Source: Rozella allomycis CSF55
Lineage: Eukaryota
Reading direction: 5' to 3'
DNA: 58,035 nt
Assembly (NCBI GenBank): GCA_000442015.1
Contig: KE560897.1
Location: forward strand, 1-58,035
Shown: positions 1 through 15,106 of the stretch, piece by piece
Layout of the letters: each line of letters begins with the position of its first letter
Numbering within the stretch: the stretch's first letter is position 1
Translations under genes and position numbers: made by a program
The notes under the pieces: generated by a model
Database searches by the model: none
Seen by the model: only the letters and a program-made list of their open reading frames with translations
What the model was told of the DNA's origin: nothing

Positions 1-1242
1 TTACTTAAATAAACTTTTTTTACTAATTAAAAAAAAAAATTTAAAAAAAATATAAAAATAAGCTACTTTAACTTTATTTTGCGTCATCTTTTCCACTAAA
101 AGCATGAGGTCTGGATAATTAGTCTGATTTAAATCAAGAACCATTTTCCTTTTCCATTTTCGTCTCCTCACTACGTTGGTCATTCCTTGCTCACAGGAAA
201 AATTACTCCAATCAGTATCGCCATATTCCCAGTCAGGGCCAACAACTCTTTCCCAGCAATTCTCAACCCAACGCCAACCGCGGGGTAAAATAAAAGCTTC
301 TTTCGGCAAATATATGGATCCGGATTGGTCACTCCAAAGTCCTCTTTCGGTTGTAAACAAGTGAGGTTGCCAATTAAGGCCAATCCACCATCTTTGATTC
401 TCGTAAGTTGAAACTGTTCGCTCAAAGATGGTTCCTTTAGGATCGTATTTCAAAGTGCAACCAGACAATTCCTCGATAATAGATGGTGATGTTAACTCTC
501 TGCGAAGAATGCACTTTAATATTTTGCCTTGAATCCTGCCAAATAGAGACATTGTGCACCTCAAGAAATCAGGAAAATAGAACCATATCAGTGCGTAATA
601 ACCAGCAAATAGAAATATATAATTGTATGGAATATAAAGATATGCGAATGTTAGTGGAAAAAGTAATCCGATTAAAAGGGAAAGTGTGTGTAGCGTTTCT
701 TTTCTGTTAGACCAATCAAGGCTATCGAAAAACAGAAATACAACTTCAATTACTCCAATAGTTTTCTCAAGAGTATTCTGACCTAATTGTACTAATGCTA
801 ACATCGAGCGACTATTTTGCGAGAAACTCCTTTTCCTCTTTCTTTCCTCTCCTTTAAGAGTAGAGTGGACTTCCGATTCTGTGCTTAAAACTAAATCAGC
901 ATTCAAAAAATCTGGAAAAACAGGCTTCGTAACATCAGAAATGGGAGTTTGGTCAAAATGATTTAACAATCGTTTTCTATTCGGAATACCTGCCAGTTTA
1001 AATTGTGCGTACGAATAGTGGAATAATATTACGTGAGGAAGAAATATAACCAATCTGAAATCGATACAAAGCGATGTAAAAATGATCAAGTAAAGGAAGC
1101 CTTCCCATTTTCTTTCCAAAGCTAAAATTTCCTGGACGAATAATTGCAATTCGATAAGAACATCTAATCTGACCAAAAGACGATTCAAATTTCTGGGAGT
1201 TTCTATGAAAGATCTAATCAATTGCTCGAATTGTTCTGACAT
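1..1242 (-). CDS. Pex23/Pex30-family peroxin with C-terminal dysferlin (DysF) domain
   Basis: TM segments followed by YENQRWWIGLNW...LPRGWRW...WEYG...VRRRKWKR, the typical dysferlin motif. The last ~20 codons (1-65) are poly-A/T and may be intron, so the true 3' end is uncertain. Confidence 0.8.
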   Translation of the reverse strand: MSEQFEQLIRSFIETPRNLNRLLVRLDVLIELQLFVQEILALERKWEGFLYLIIFTSLCIDFRLVIFLPHVILFHYSYAQFKLAGIPNRKRLLNHFDQTPISDVTKPVFPDFLNADLVLSTESEVHSTLKGEERKRKRSFSQNSRSMLALVQLGQNTLEKTIGVIEVVFLFFDSLDWSNRKETLHTLSLLIGLLFPLTFAYLYIPYNYIFLFAGYYALIWFYFPDFLRCTMSLFGRIQGKILKCILRRELTSPSIIEELSGCTLKYDPKGTIFERTVSTYENQRWWIGLNWQPHLFTTERGLWSDQSGSIYLPKEAFILPRGWRWVENCWERVVGPDWEYGDTDWSNFSCEQGMTNVVRRRKWKRKMVLDLNQTNYPDLMLLVEKMTQNKVKVAYFYIFFKFFFLISKKSLFK

Positions 1243-1299
1243 GGGGTGTTAAGCTTTAAGGATGAGTTATCGGAAATCATCTAAATTAAGTAACAACCT

Positions 1300-1938
1300 T
1301 TATTTTTTGCTTTTAATTTGTTTGACAATTGGGTCTATAAATTTGCTTACAAATTTCTCTGCGGACTGAATTCCCTAGGTTGATTAATCTACACTACTTT
1401 ACCTCGTAATGATATATAGCACCAACTAAGGCCGCGACTGCTTGTGCTCCAACTATCTTTGGATTATGATTAGTGCCTTCAAAATCAGTAAATCGAACCA
1501 ATTCCGGTATCATCAGATTTGTTGCCACAATTGACAGAACATGTCGACTCCTGTACAGTTCATTCCTTTGAAAATCTAAAATATTCGATTCTTCAATATC
1601 TCCAGTATGCTTTTTAATTCCATAGAATTCAAGGAAAGTGGTTCCTATTACTTCAATATCATTAAATTACCAATATAGTTTAATCTATCATTGTGTGATG
1701 CCTCTCCGTTATAATGTGATTTATGTGTTAGTATCTGTATAATAAGTTCTGACGGGTAATGGGATATTCCTGCTTCCTTGGCAAAAATGCTGGTGTCTTT
1801 GTCTAGTTCAATGGCGTTCTTATTTAAATCGTTTGCATAGACATGCGGTAGGAAACTAGAAAATGAATTTGATTTAATGACATTAAATAGCGCACAGTTG
1901 TGTGAGAAAAGTAATTTACGTCTAAAAACGGTAAGCAT
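1300..1938 (-). CDS. RNase III-fold mitochondrial ribosomal protein (mL57/MrpL15-like), spliced
   Basis: Presequence-like N-terminus, LTHKS...HNDRLNYIG, a 26-nt intron at 1645-1670, then AVAALVGAIYHYE|GIQSAEKFV after a second short intron; stop at 1300-1302. Confidence 0.7.
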
Positions 1939-2167
1939 CGATTCAGAAATTTCTGATAGTTAGACCTGAGAAAGTTTTTTTATAAAATAACGCATTATAA
2001 AGCTCGTCGTTTTAATAATCTGTATTTATTGATCGTAGACAAATATCATAATCAAAATCATCCAAATATGTACAGTTGTGACATGTGAACGATCAGTAAA
2101 TGTACTTTAACAAATAGAATAATAATTAGTAAACTTCACCATGCTTTATTTATTAAATCATGGATCA

Positions 2168-2574
2168 TTAGATTAGAAGTTTTTCGATTTGGTTCTTGAT
2201 GTTCATAATCTGCGACTTCAAATCAGATCCTTCATTAGTAGTGATAGAGGCCGCAATAACAGGTCTTGAAACACCGCAAGCTCTTCCGAGCGCCTGCTTT
2301 GATGGCACAAAAACGTATGGAACATTTTTATCTTCGCACAACAATGGCAAATGAAGCAAGATTTCCAAAGGCTCGGTGTCGGCAGCCATGACAATAAATT
2401 CAGCAATACCTCTGTTCAACGTCTTGGTAACTAATTGTCACAAGTGGGAGTATGCTTACCTTCGTTGGCTCCTTTGCGAAGTTGTTTAAAGTGGGACGCT
2501 TGTTGCACAAGGTCGAGCATGGTGTTTGTGAGTGTATCGTCTGCAAGTGGGAACGCTTTTGGATTGACTGACAT
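2168..2574 (-). CDS. SNU13: Snu13/15.5K (L7Ae family) U4/U6 and box C/D snoRNP protein
   Basis: [13 protein letters not shown]...[49 protein letters not shown]; 29-nt intron at 2431-2459. Confidence 0.97.
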
Positions 2575-2797
2575 CTGTGTTTAATATAAGCGTATTTGAT
2601 ACCTGTAAAGTTTTTTGAATGTGGCTTGGCTCTTGTTGACCCCAGCATTTCACTATGCGGAATTCGTCTCCTGAATTCCATGTGACTTTTAATCAATGAA
2701 TTTAATTGGCAATGATGATCATCACAATGTAATAACTTATTATGCTTTTCTAGTATAATTGTTGCCAAAAGTCTAAAAGTGGCTTTGCCTCAATAGA

Positions 2798-3313
2798 ATG
2801 AAAGGCCAGCACCAATACCTATCCTTGCGTTCCAGATTTATTAAACTGCAAGAATCGCTTCATTTCTTTATACAGGACACCATGCAGAATCCCCTCGTTT
2901 GGAGCGACTCTCTTGATCGGTTTAATCTTCTATCTTCACAGTTCTACAACTTGCTGTATGAGCTGACTCCCGAACTAAAGAATGAAGCTATATTCCCTAT
3001 AAAGACTCTGCCCGACCCGAATATCATACCGAATGTGTTTATGCGTACAAGATTGATACCTGAGATTGAAGATTATCATAAAGAGCTGGAAATGGTTGAT
3101 GATAGTGTTAAAGATGATGAAGCTTTTGAAAGATTGGTTGAGGAGCACGATGATGTTTGTAAAAAACTGATTATGGCGTTTGATGAATTGTCTGATGAGT
3201 ATCACCTGCAGGATAGGGGTAAAGTGGACATCAAAACCAGTGTGAATAAGGAAGAGCCTGATGAGAGATTGTTGGATATACTTAAATACATGAATACAGG
3301 GGGAGTTGAATAG
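2798..3313 (+). CDS. MED8: Mediator complex subunit 8
   Basis: W..SLDRFNLLSSQ...AIFP...FMRTRLIPEIE matches the Med8 pattern (LRTK..PEVE); length fits. Confidence 0.75.
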   Translation: MKGQHQYLSLRSRFIKLQESLHFFIQDTMQNPLVWSDSLDRFNLLSSQFYNLLYELTPELKNEAIFPIKTLPDPNIIPNVFMRTRLIPEIEDYHKELEMVDDSVKDDEAFERLVEEHDDVCKKLIMAFDELSDEYHLQDRGKVDIKTSVNKEEPDERLLDILKYMNTGGVE

Positions 3314-3393
3314 ATTTTTGAATTGTATTACTTTCCAAATAAATGACATGAAATTCATAACATCGCAAAAAGTATTGTTTTTCAATGAATTTA

Positions 3394-5755
<2,362 letters not shown>

Positions 5756-5896
5756 TTCGTTGTCAAGTGGGACACAATATTTTAGTGACATCAATAAATG
5801 CTATTAATCAATAGTATTACATGACTAATGATTACATGGGTATTTTAATGATCAGCTGAAATTCATCAACTTTATTGGAAAAGTGAAATTACGGAA

Positions 5897-6150
5897 ATGT
5901 TTGTCGATCCAGGTGCAAGAGCTCGTTTCTTATTTAGCCACAGCAAAGGTATTTCCAATACAATGATTGGAACAATGTGCTTAACAATGTGGTTATTTGC
6001 GTATGTGGACTACAGAATTAGAAAGGGAGGTAAAATTGTTTCATTTCATTTTAATTCTAGTTGGTGCAGAGAATCCAGGTATTCAATTAATTAAAAATAT
6101 CAAATATAGGTCCAGGCGCTGCTCATGTCTTCAATCAACGTTACTGGTAA
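5897..6150 (+). CDS. 63-aa single-pass membrane microprotein, 3 exons (5897-6029, 6061-6078, 6110-6150)
   Basis: Removing two canonical 31-nt introns (6030-6060, 6079-6109) gives MFVDPGARARFLFSHSKGISNTMIGTMCLTMWLFAYVDYRIRKGVGAENPGPGAAHVFNQRYW*. Confidence 0.7.
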
Positions 6151-6203
6151 TAAAACTGGTTATGAAAGCGTTAAAATTGAAGTGTTTAAAATAATATGTT
6201 TTA

Positions 6204-8224
6204 TTAACGTCTGTCGTTTGTTCCACTCTTTCTCTTTCCTGAAAACAAATGTTTTGGCTTTGATTCAACGTAAATACGATCAGCCTCACCTCTGGTACCC
6301 TTGAGTCCTCTTTGTTGTTTCTTTTGAATAGCCTTGAGTGCCTTCATAACAGAAGCATTCTTCACACCTGTAAGAGATTTGCCCATAAGTGGTTTCTTGC
6401 GAGTAGCTTCTTCAACTTGCATTTCATCATCAGAGTCGCTGGAACGTTTTCTCTTGACAATTGATTCTTCCATTGGAGTGGCATCCAAGCCGAGTTTCTC
6501 CAAAGAATCTTTAACAGTTTTGAAGGAAACTGATCTTGCTTTAGCTTTGGCTGAGATCGTAGTACGATTCTTTCCTTTTTCCATTCTGTGTTGTTGAATC
6601 ATGATTTGTTTCTTTTCTCTAATAAGTTTTGCCTTTTCTCTAATTTCTTCCTCTTCTGAATCAATTTCTTCTTCCTCGACAGCGTAAATACCTTGAGCAA
6701 TGAGCTTCTCTTCTTCCTCTTCTAATGCTAAAAGCTTAGCTTCAATGTCTGGATCAATAAAATCTGCAACGTTCTTTCCATCAATAATTTCTGGAATAGG
6801 ATCATATTTCCACTCATCGTTTGATAAAATGTATTTTTCTAACTAATAGATTAAAGGTAAGTTTACTCTTCAAGTCGATGTTGTAAACACCAGCACCACC
6901 ATTCATTTGTTCTAATTCTTTTTCAGTTAATGGTCTATTCGGATCATTTTCTTCAAACACCATTCTGCTCTTGACGCTTTCAGGAATAAATGGAGTTCTT
7001 TGTTTTTGATCTCTTGGTTTTGGAACAGTCAAAGTAATTCTATTCAAAACATCATTAATCTTATTGGTCTTCATTTTAATATCAACGCGGGAAGCCAAAA
7101 GTTTTTCACATGCCTAATTCTGAAATTTCGATAAATTTACTTGTTTCTTAACTTCCATTGTTCCTTCGTCCATCATACAACTCATTTCAACAAAATGGAT
7201 TCCTTCGGTTTTAAGATTCTCAAGGAGCATTCTTGATTCAGGCTTCAATTCATCATATTTGATAACGTCAATCTTGTTAATAACACAGATCATTGGCTTA
7301 TTAGCAAAGAGGGGTTTAACGGTCTCCAAAAGCTTAACTTGTTCAGTAATAGAATAACCACATTGCTCAGAAATATCAATGAAGAACAAAACACAAGCAC
7401 GAAGATGAGCAAGAGCAGTGATGGATTGCATTTCAATTGTATTCATTTCCTCCAATGGATGATCCAAAATACCAGGAGTATCAATCTTAATAAAGGTTTT
7501 CACATTTAATTACCACTTGCCATCTAAGATAGTTGTAATCCATATGACCAACAAACAATGATTTCGTAGTGAAAGCGTATGGTTGAACATCAACTTCAGC
7601 TCTTGTCAACTTGTTCATAAAACTAGATTTTCCAACATTAGGATATCCACACAACAAGAGTGTACGCGTGTTTGGATCAATAGAAGGCAATCTCGCCAAA
7701 TGCTGGCGAATTTGTTCCAAATAAACAAGAGAATCTTTTTGTTTCTTCATAATAGTCGCCATTCTATCTATAATATTTGTAATTATTACCTTCCCAACGC
7801 AGCTCTCTTCAACTGCTTACATCTATAAAGCGAGTCACCAAACTTCAAAAGCCTCACATAATCTTTCCCAACTTGTTCAATCAAATGTCTAGCTGTATTA
7901 ATCTGTCCAAGCGCCAATTTATAATGATCTCTGTCATAAAGAACATTCATCAAATCCGCATAAAATGGATGAACTTCCTACGTATTTTTTCCAAACAATA
8001 ATTACATCTAATTTCGGGAAACTAGTAAGAATTTGATTTAATTTTTCATCAAAAGCATCCTGTGTAAACTTGACCTTGCGCATGTAGAATTTGCGGATAC
8101 GAGAGATTTTGTAATTTGGATGAATAACAGTAGGTGTCTTGCGGTTGGTTTTAGATAAAACTATATCGATAAAATCGGCCGAAGTGGGGACCACTTGAAT
8201 CTTTTTAAAGTTGTATAGAGACAT
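6204..8224 (-). CDS. NOG1: Nucleolar GTP-binding protein 1 (GTPBP4), multi-exon
   Basis: [43 protein letters not shown], and C-terminal [10 protein letters not shown]. Confidence 0.98.
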
Positions 8225-8304
8225 TCAAAAAAATGGAAAATGCAAGCCACCAGAACCGGGGTATGAATGAAGAGTAAAATCAATGATATTTTTGTGTGAT
8301 TTAT

Positions 8305-10964
8305 TTATTTTAATCTTTCGCTATATGAACGGTGCTGGGAAGATAAATTTGGCTTCATATGAAGCATGATTTCACTTTTGAGTCTATTGTGTTCTCGAAT
8401 GGAATTTTCTATTGTTTCTTTCGGCATTAGGCTAAGGTACTTTTCTTTTCCGAGTGTTGTTGTTGAAGCAGCTTTTTGTCTTTGAACAGAAGGCTCTGCT
8501 CTTAAATCGTAAATGCTTTTTCGAATATAAGGTTTTGGAACTCCTAGATTGGAAGGTACATCTTTTGATTCCTTGTTCTTATTACTTGTCGCTTCAGAAG
8601 CATTGTGTTCAATTCTTAAATTTTCATTGATTTGCCTGGACAGATGATTCGAAGATAGATGTGAATGACTTTTGAACCTTTGCACCACCGTGCTGATTTT
8701 TTCCCTCTGAATATTTGACATTGAATGAAATCGTTTATTTAATAAAGCGTTTGCGTTAAAAGAAGTTAATTTTGTTGGTGAACTTGCCCTACTTGTCGCT
8801 CTACTTGCTACTCTGCTTGTTGAGATTCTGTCGTTTGCGTTTTTAATTAATTTTAAGACCTCTAACAGTGAAGTTCTCTTTTCTAATGATTCTCTAATTT
8901 CTAGATTATCTAGAATAGAATATTTCTTTGATTCCTTGACTGGACTTGTTTCTTTTAGTGCATTTCTTTCATCACTTTCAAATTTCACCAATTTAAATTT
9001 ATTGGAATTTTTAAATATAACGTACAGTTTATCTTCAAGGGGATGAAAGTCTAAAGCTGAAATTTCACCATCAAAATCATGGGAATGAACGATTTGATTG
9101 TTTTCTGTTGATATATAGTACCTAATAGTGATTGAAAATCAAATTAATTTTTACAAATTGTTGTCAATTGAAGGAGAAATCAGAAATGTGCCACAAGGGC
9201 TTAAAATTGATTTAGAATTAAATTTTGAAATTAATTTTCTTGAAACCGTACAATCTCTTGGAAAATTTTTGATAGGGATTTGAATTTTTGAAGTGAATCT
9301 CTTTAGTCTTAAATCCAATGGATGAATGACCCCATCATCACATTCAATCAGCAGTTTTTTATTCAAGCATGTCAAGTTTATAATTGAATTCATATCAAAT
9401 GAAAATATATAACTAAATTACTTGAGATAATTCATTGTATGTTTTTATACAATCCCAACCATTTGATGTTCTAATCCATTCTTTAATAATCCCACCCTCA
9501 TCTGCAGAACAAAAATTCTTTGAGTCTTTATTAAAGATTAAATGCTTTATTGGCTTGGAATTTGCTTTTAATGTACAAACAAAACCCAAGGAAATCTTTA
9601 TCCCATCAAAATTTATCAAGTAATACAATATTTCACCATTCTTTGTTCCAATGAGGATATAATTTCTAGAATACAATAACCAAAACATTTCTACTCAAAA
9701 TTCTCATAAATGAATAAAATGAAGCAAGAATCTTTTATTTCAATTTTCTCAATTAAATATCCAGTTTCAGAGTTCCAAAAATAGATCTGACCATTCTCGC
9801 AACAAGCCGCAATAATTCTTTAAACTCTTCTAATTAAATTTACTGATCATTAAATGAAATGTCAAAATTAAAGATTCTTTCAAATACTTTTAATATTTCT
9901 TCCCTTTCTTTAATTAAAGCTAAAAATCCATCATTTTCGTTATTAAAACATGAGACACAAAATTCACCATAAGAACTAAATTTTAATCCTTTGCATGATC
10001 TTTTTCATATATCTAAATATAAATACTTTGCTTTTTGTTCAATTAGTCTCTCTTCTTTTGATCTTTTCGGAATTGAAACAATTTCCCCTGGATTTCTTCG
10101 TTTTATCTTTCATTTCTACTGATGCACTTTACTTCAATGTCTTTTTTCATTATATCCTCTACGATTTCAATGTTTTCTCTTTCGTTGATTCCCTCTTCAA
10201 GTTTTTCCTCTATAAGTTCAGTCTTTTCTAATTTAAGGTTTCTCTTTATTCCACATTAATTATTTTACAAAAAGCAATCCTTCAAAGCGACCCTTTCATT
10301 TTCTTTAATAGCCATAAATGGTACTGACATTATTTCATCTATTTTTAATTTGTTCCTTTTTGTATAAAGTTTAAATGCCTTTAATTTGACCTATTTCCTT
10401 TATTGCAATCTTTATACATTCTTTTCTATCGTCTTTTCTTTCAATTTACAAAATGCCCAACATAGAGGCGCACAATACTCGCTACCGAGTAACCCATTAA
10501 ATATCTCTATAAATAGCGTTGCATTGTTTATCAAACTTGAAATATCGGCCTTTAATTTTTCACAATCAATCCATGAAATCTCCAGTTTTTCGTCTAATCC
10601 CACCATGGCATCCTTTTATGAATTCATATAGCAGCCATACTTTCATAACAATAGGTTCCACATTTTTCTCCATTTGCTTATTTTCATCCCACATAATGTA
10701 TATTTTAGCAAAAAAGTTTCTCATTCCGCCATGATATTCGATGCCATTGAGGCACAATTCTTTAATTAACAAGCATTGCTTCACATTTTCAGCCTCTTCA
10801 ACTCTATCAAGATTAACTTGCGCCGGATTAGAATTCCCAATTCTGCTTCGTAGATGATTAACAAATGTCAAAGACACTTTAGCCGGTCCGGATTGTAATC
10901 TTCTCTTTGGTGGATTTGCTGGTGGTGGCGGTATAGAAAGAGAAAAAATTCTTTCAACAGACAT
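8305..10964 (-). CDS. AHI1: Divergent AHI1/Jouberin-like ciliary transition-zone protein (C2-like + WD40), multi-exon
   Basis: Spliced reading gives, in order, FIEIF...LCWAFCKL, RRNPGEIVSIPK, SCKGLKFSSYG, FCSADEGGIIKEW, LLIECDD...LDLR, SILSPCGTFL, ISALDFHPLED. These match recalled AHI1 blocks (IAWAFLKL, RLPGQACRIP, TLTPCGTFL, ISYHPFE). Confidence 0.7.
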
Positions 10965-11058
10965 TCCAATTTCCAAAACAATAACAAAATAAAATCTTAA
11001 ATAAAGCGAGAATGTATTTGTAATTGCTGGCTTTAGCATTTTCCCAGCCACTGAAAAT

Positions 11059-13420
11059 ATGCGTATTAGTGGTAATCCTTCCAAGCGTCGCAAAGGACCA
11101 TCCAGAAAAGAGTTGCGAAAAGAGACTAAAAAATTAATAAAAAATAAAAACAGGTCAGTTGTTAGACAAACCAGTCAGAAACAAGAAGTATTTTCAAAGC
11201 GAGATCAGAATGATAAAAAGAGACGAAATGAGAACACGGAAGACACACGAAATGTATCTGTAGAAAAGAAGAGACGTTATGAGGAAGATGATGAAGAATT
11301 TGGAGATATGAAAATGGAAAAGTTGGCAAAAAAGAATCCAGCCTTGTATGAGCTTTTGAATGAAGAGAAAAACAAGAATAATGATGAAGAGGATGACAAG
11401 ATGATTAAATATTATGGAAAGAAATTGAAAATCAAGGATAAGAAGAAGGTTCCAAAAGGATTTGTTGAAGATGGATTTGAAGATTTGTTCAACTTTTTGA
11501 ATGAGTTTGAAGAAAAGAATCCCAACGAGGAGGATGAAGAAGTTTTTAGTGAAGAAGATGAAGATGTTAGTGGAACAGGAGAAGATGAAGAATCTGAAGA
11601 GGATGGCGAAAGTGATTCTGAAGACGATTTGGAATCAGATCAAGATGATGTAAGCGTTGATGATGATGAAGAAGAATCAAATTTAGAAGATGATGAATCT
11701 TCAGAGGAAGATGACGAGGTATTTGAAGATGAAGAATTTCATGGATTTGACGATGATGAAGCTGCGGAAGAAGAAAAGCCATCAGGTGAACCCAAAGGGA
11801 AATATGTACCCCCACATTTAAGAAAGCAACCTTCAACAAAGTCAGAAGAATATCTAAGACTTCAAAGGCAAATCAATGGCCATTTAAATAGACTTTCAGA
11901 TTCCAACATGGAACCAATCTTTCAGCAATTAGAAACATTCTATCAATCTAATCCAAGACATGACGTGACAGAAATACTTCATAATATAATCACTAATAAT
12001 ATTCTTGGTCCTACATTAATGTTGGATGCTTTTGTTTTAAATTATTCTACATTAATTTCGCTTCTTTATCACACAATTGGTATCGACATTGGAGCATCAC
12101 TCGTCCAACTCTTAGTAGAAAAGTTTGAAACTGAGTGGTCCAGTTTGCCTCCATCTGTCACTGACGACGAATGCATTTCAGATAAGAAATGTTTAAACAT
12201 TTGTTCCTTTCTTTCTCATTTGTTTACTTTGAATGTTGTTTCATCCATCATTATATTCGATATTTTAAATTTAATTCAATCTAGATTGCAAGAATCTGAC
12301 ATGGAGCTGATTTTGAAAATTCTCAAATTATGTGGATTTCAACTTCGTTCAGAAGATCCTTCTGGTTTAAAATCCTTCATTCAAAATATTCAAGAAAAAT
12401 TTAAATCAATTCCACAATCAACTCGTGCAAAATTTTTAATGGAATCCATCAACGACATTAAGAATAACAAAAAGAAACGTATTTTTGATGACTCTATGAT
12501 AATGACAATGCTTAAATTTATTAGAAATACTGTTAAAAACAGATCTTCAACCTTATCTGAGCCGCTTAGAGTCTCGTTGGAAGACATTCACCAAATACAA
12601 ACCAAAGGAAAGTGGTGGCTGGTTGGTGCAAGTTGGGCGGGAAATGAAGCAAAGCCTGATGATACTTATAAAGCTATTCACAATCAAGCAACAGAGAAAT
12701 TAATGGAAAAAGCTAGAATGATGGGAATGAATACCGATGTAAGAAAGAGTATATTTGTCATTCTCATGTCCAGCGAGGTAAATTGATACATAATTGATTA
12801 AACTCAGGACTTTGTGGATGCTTTTGATAGATTTTTGAAACTAAATCTTAAAGATAAACAACAAAGAGACATCATCCGTGTTATTTTAAGATGTTGCGGA
12901 AATGAAAAAATATTTAATCCATATTATGCGCATTTATCACTTCGTTTCTGTCAGCAAAATCATGCGTTCAAAATAACTTTCCAATATTCTTTTTGGGATT
13001 TTTTTAAAGAATTGTCAACTGAAAAAGTTATTTTAAGAAGAATTTCAAATATGGCAAAATTATTGGCATTCTTATTTGGAAACGGTGGACTTTCTCTTTC
13101 GATTCTTAAAGTAACCATTTAAATTTACTGTCATTTAGACAATTGCCTTTGAGAGACTTGATAAACAAACGCTATTATTCCTACAAATTCTGTTTGTTCA
13201 ATTTTTCACTAAACACTCGCATGATTCCATTTCAAAGGCTTTCAAAAATGTTTCTGCTATTCGCGACCTTTTAGATTTGAGAGAAGGAATCGCCTATTTC
13301 TTGACTAAATTTATGGGGCAAGAACTGTCTGTTCCTGTCTCTGATCCAGCATTACTTTCAAAGAATGTTCGAATGGTCAAGAAAATTATAGAAACCGGTG
13401 AAGCTGCATTATTTCAATAA
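11059..13420 (+). CDS. SGD1: Nucleolar MIF4G/MA3 protein Sgd1/NOM1
   Basis: Basic and acidic N-terminus, KYVPPHLR, GHLNRLS, GKWWLVGASW, MNTDVRKSIFVILMSSE|D, FNPYYAHL; two short introns. Confidence 0.95.
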
Positions 13421-13523
13421 AATATTTTTCATTTTAAAGTTATCATTAATTATTTTAACCCGTGCTTTGGCCCTTCCCTTATTAGACGTTAGTGTACCCT
13501 GGTAAATTGTGATTTCAATTTCT

Positions 13524-14127
13524 ATGAATCAGCTATTTCGATTTGCGATTCCAATCAGAAACTATTCATTAAATTTAAGTCGGGGGATGGTTATTAAGCC
13601 CTCTCTCACAAGAAGCCTCGATGAATTTTTTGAATCGAAAAACTATTGCCCTCCTTACGATGAAAATTACAGGAGCAATGCTTATGGTATAGCATCTAAA
13701 TTATATTAGAAAAGGAAGACAATGGTCAAGAGTTGAACTCAAGGAAAAATCATTCGAAGATTTGCACAAGCTATGGTTTGTGTGCTTAAAGGAACTAAAC
13801 ATATTAGCTACCCAAAAAGAAGCATGTGTTAAGCAGAATATACCTTTCTGGGGACGAAATAGGACTCGCGTAGTAAAGTGCTAGGTATGTCCAAACTAGG
13901 TGAAAAAGACAATGGCGAATATTAAAAAAGTTTTGCATTTTCGTGACTTGGATTATTGGAGGCAATGGAGAATTGATGAGCATGCCAGGTTAGGCGTTGA
14001 AAGAAATGATGAAATGCTGCAACGAGAAAAGACGTTTATTAACCAACTTCGCTCATTGAAAAAGATCAAATTTTATCGCAGTCTCACTAGAGCATTTAGA
14101 GACCATTCACCATTGTTTGGAGCTTAA
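13524..14127 (+). CDS. Mitochondrial ribosomal protein uL29m (MRP-L47/MrpL4)
   Basis: Spliced GRQW...ELKEKSFEDLHKLWFVCLKELNILATQ...VKKTMANIKKVL is the uL29m signature. Confidence 0.9.
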
Positions 14128-14241
14128 TAAACTATTTACATAATTAATGTCTATTTTTAGCCATTGGTCCAGATCATGATCACGCACATGAACAAATTAG
14201 TTTATATATCAACATTTTCTTCAAGTGATTATTTAATCATA

Positions 14242-14724
14242 ATGAATCATGAATTGGTAAAGTTATTGAATGAAGCTAATAACCACTTTCACAGCTATGA
14301 ATACCTTGATGCCTTGGAAAAATACGATATAGTTCAAAAGAGTTTGCAATCATTAATAACAACAGAACAAAAAGAGGAAAACATTCGAATTATTGGATCT
14401 AATCTAGTTGATGTTACATGTCGAATTCGTGTGGTGCAAAAGAAATTGGAGTTCAGCATCAAGAAAAGAACTTTCGAGGCTCTTTCTTTCGTAAAGGAGG
14501 CAGTTGAATATGATGAAAATGGGGATGTGAAAAATGCTATAGAAAACTACATGAAAAGCTTGAAAAGCTTGCATGACACATTAAAACTGAGACCAGATGC
14601 CGCCGTTACAAACGTGATCAAATATAGAATTAGCATGTATACCAAGCGAACTGCATATTTGAAAGCATTATGCATGTCCGGAAATATTGATGCAGTCAAA
14701 GGGAACCGCCGTGCAGCTCCGTAA
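14242..14724 (+). CDS. Small MIT-domain protein (probably tandem MIT)
   Basis: ALSFVKEAVEYDENGDVKNAIENYMKSL...YTKRTAYLK is a MIT three-helix bundle; the N-terminal half has similar spacing. Confidence 0.75.
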   Translation: MNHELVKLLNEANNHFHSYEYLDALEKYDIVQKSLQSLITTEQKEENIRIIGSNLVDVTCRIRVVQKKLEFSIKKRTFEALSFVKEAVEYDENGDVKNAIENYMKSLKSLHDTLKLRPDAAVTNVIKYRISMYTKRTAYLKALCMSGNIDAVKGNRRAAP

Positions 14725-15106
14725 CTCTGGAGTCTATTCGCAGCGCAAATCATTACCCACTATCCCACTCTTTTAATTATAATAGAAATTCCAGAAATAA
14801 TAAACCGTTTTAAACAGTCAATTATTTTTAAGTTTACTCAAATCAACGTGTCAACGATGGTGGTTAAATTGACGGAAGACTCTTGCAAAATTGAATTATT
14901 TAATTTAAAATCTGGATTCAGCAAACCTATTAATGATAATATACTCAAAGTACTTGGTCATGACCGACTAACTAACTCTTTAAATTCATTAGGATTAGAA
15001 AATTGAGAAAAAGAGAAAAAAAGTCAATGTAATGTGGTAATATGCGCATTTAAACTTGAAGCAACAGATGCGATCTGAAAGAAGAAATGAAATATAATGC
15101 CCAAAA

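Noticed and set aside
1-65. Hydrophobic C-terminal tail of the peroxin ORF
   Set aside because: It is translated poly-T/A sequence, more likely intron or UTR than a real TM segment.
2400-2768. 122-aa minus-strand ORF
   Set aside because: Off-frame overlap with SNU13 exon 1 and its leader.
11520-11780. GAA/GAT-rich repeat-like tract
   Set aside because: It encodes the normal acidic region of Sgd1/NOM1.
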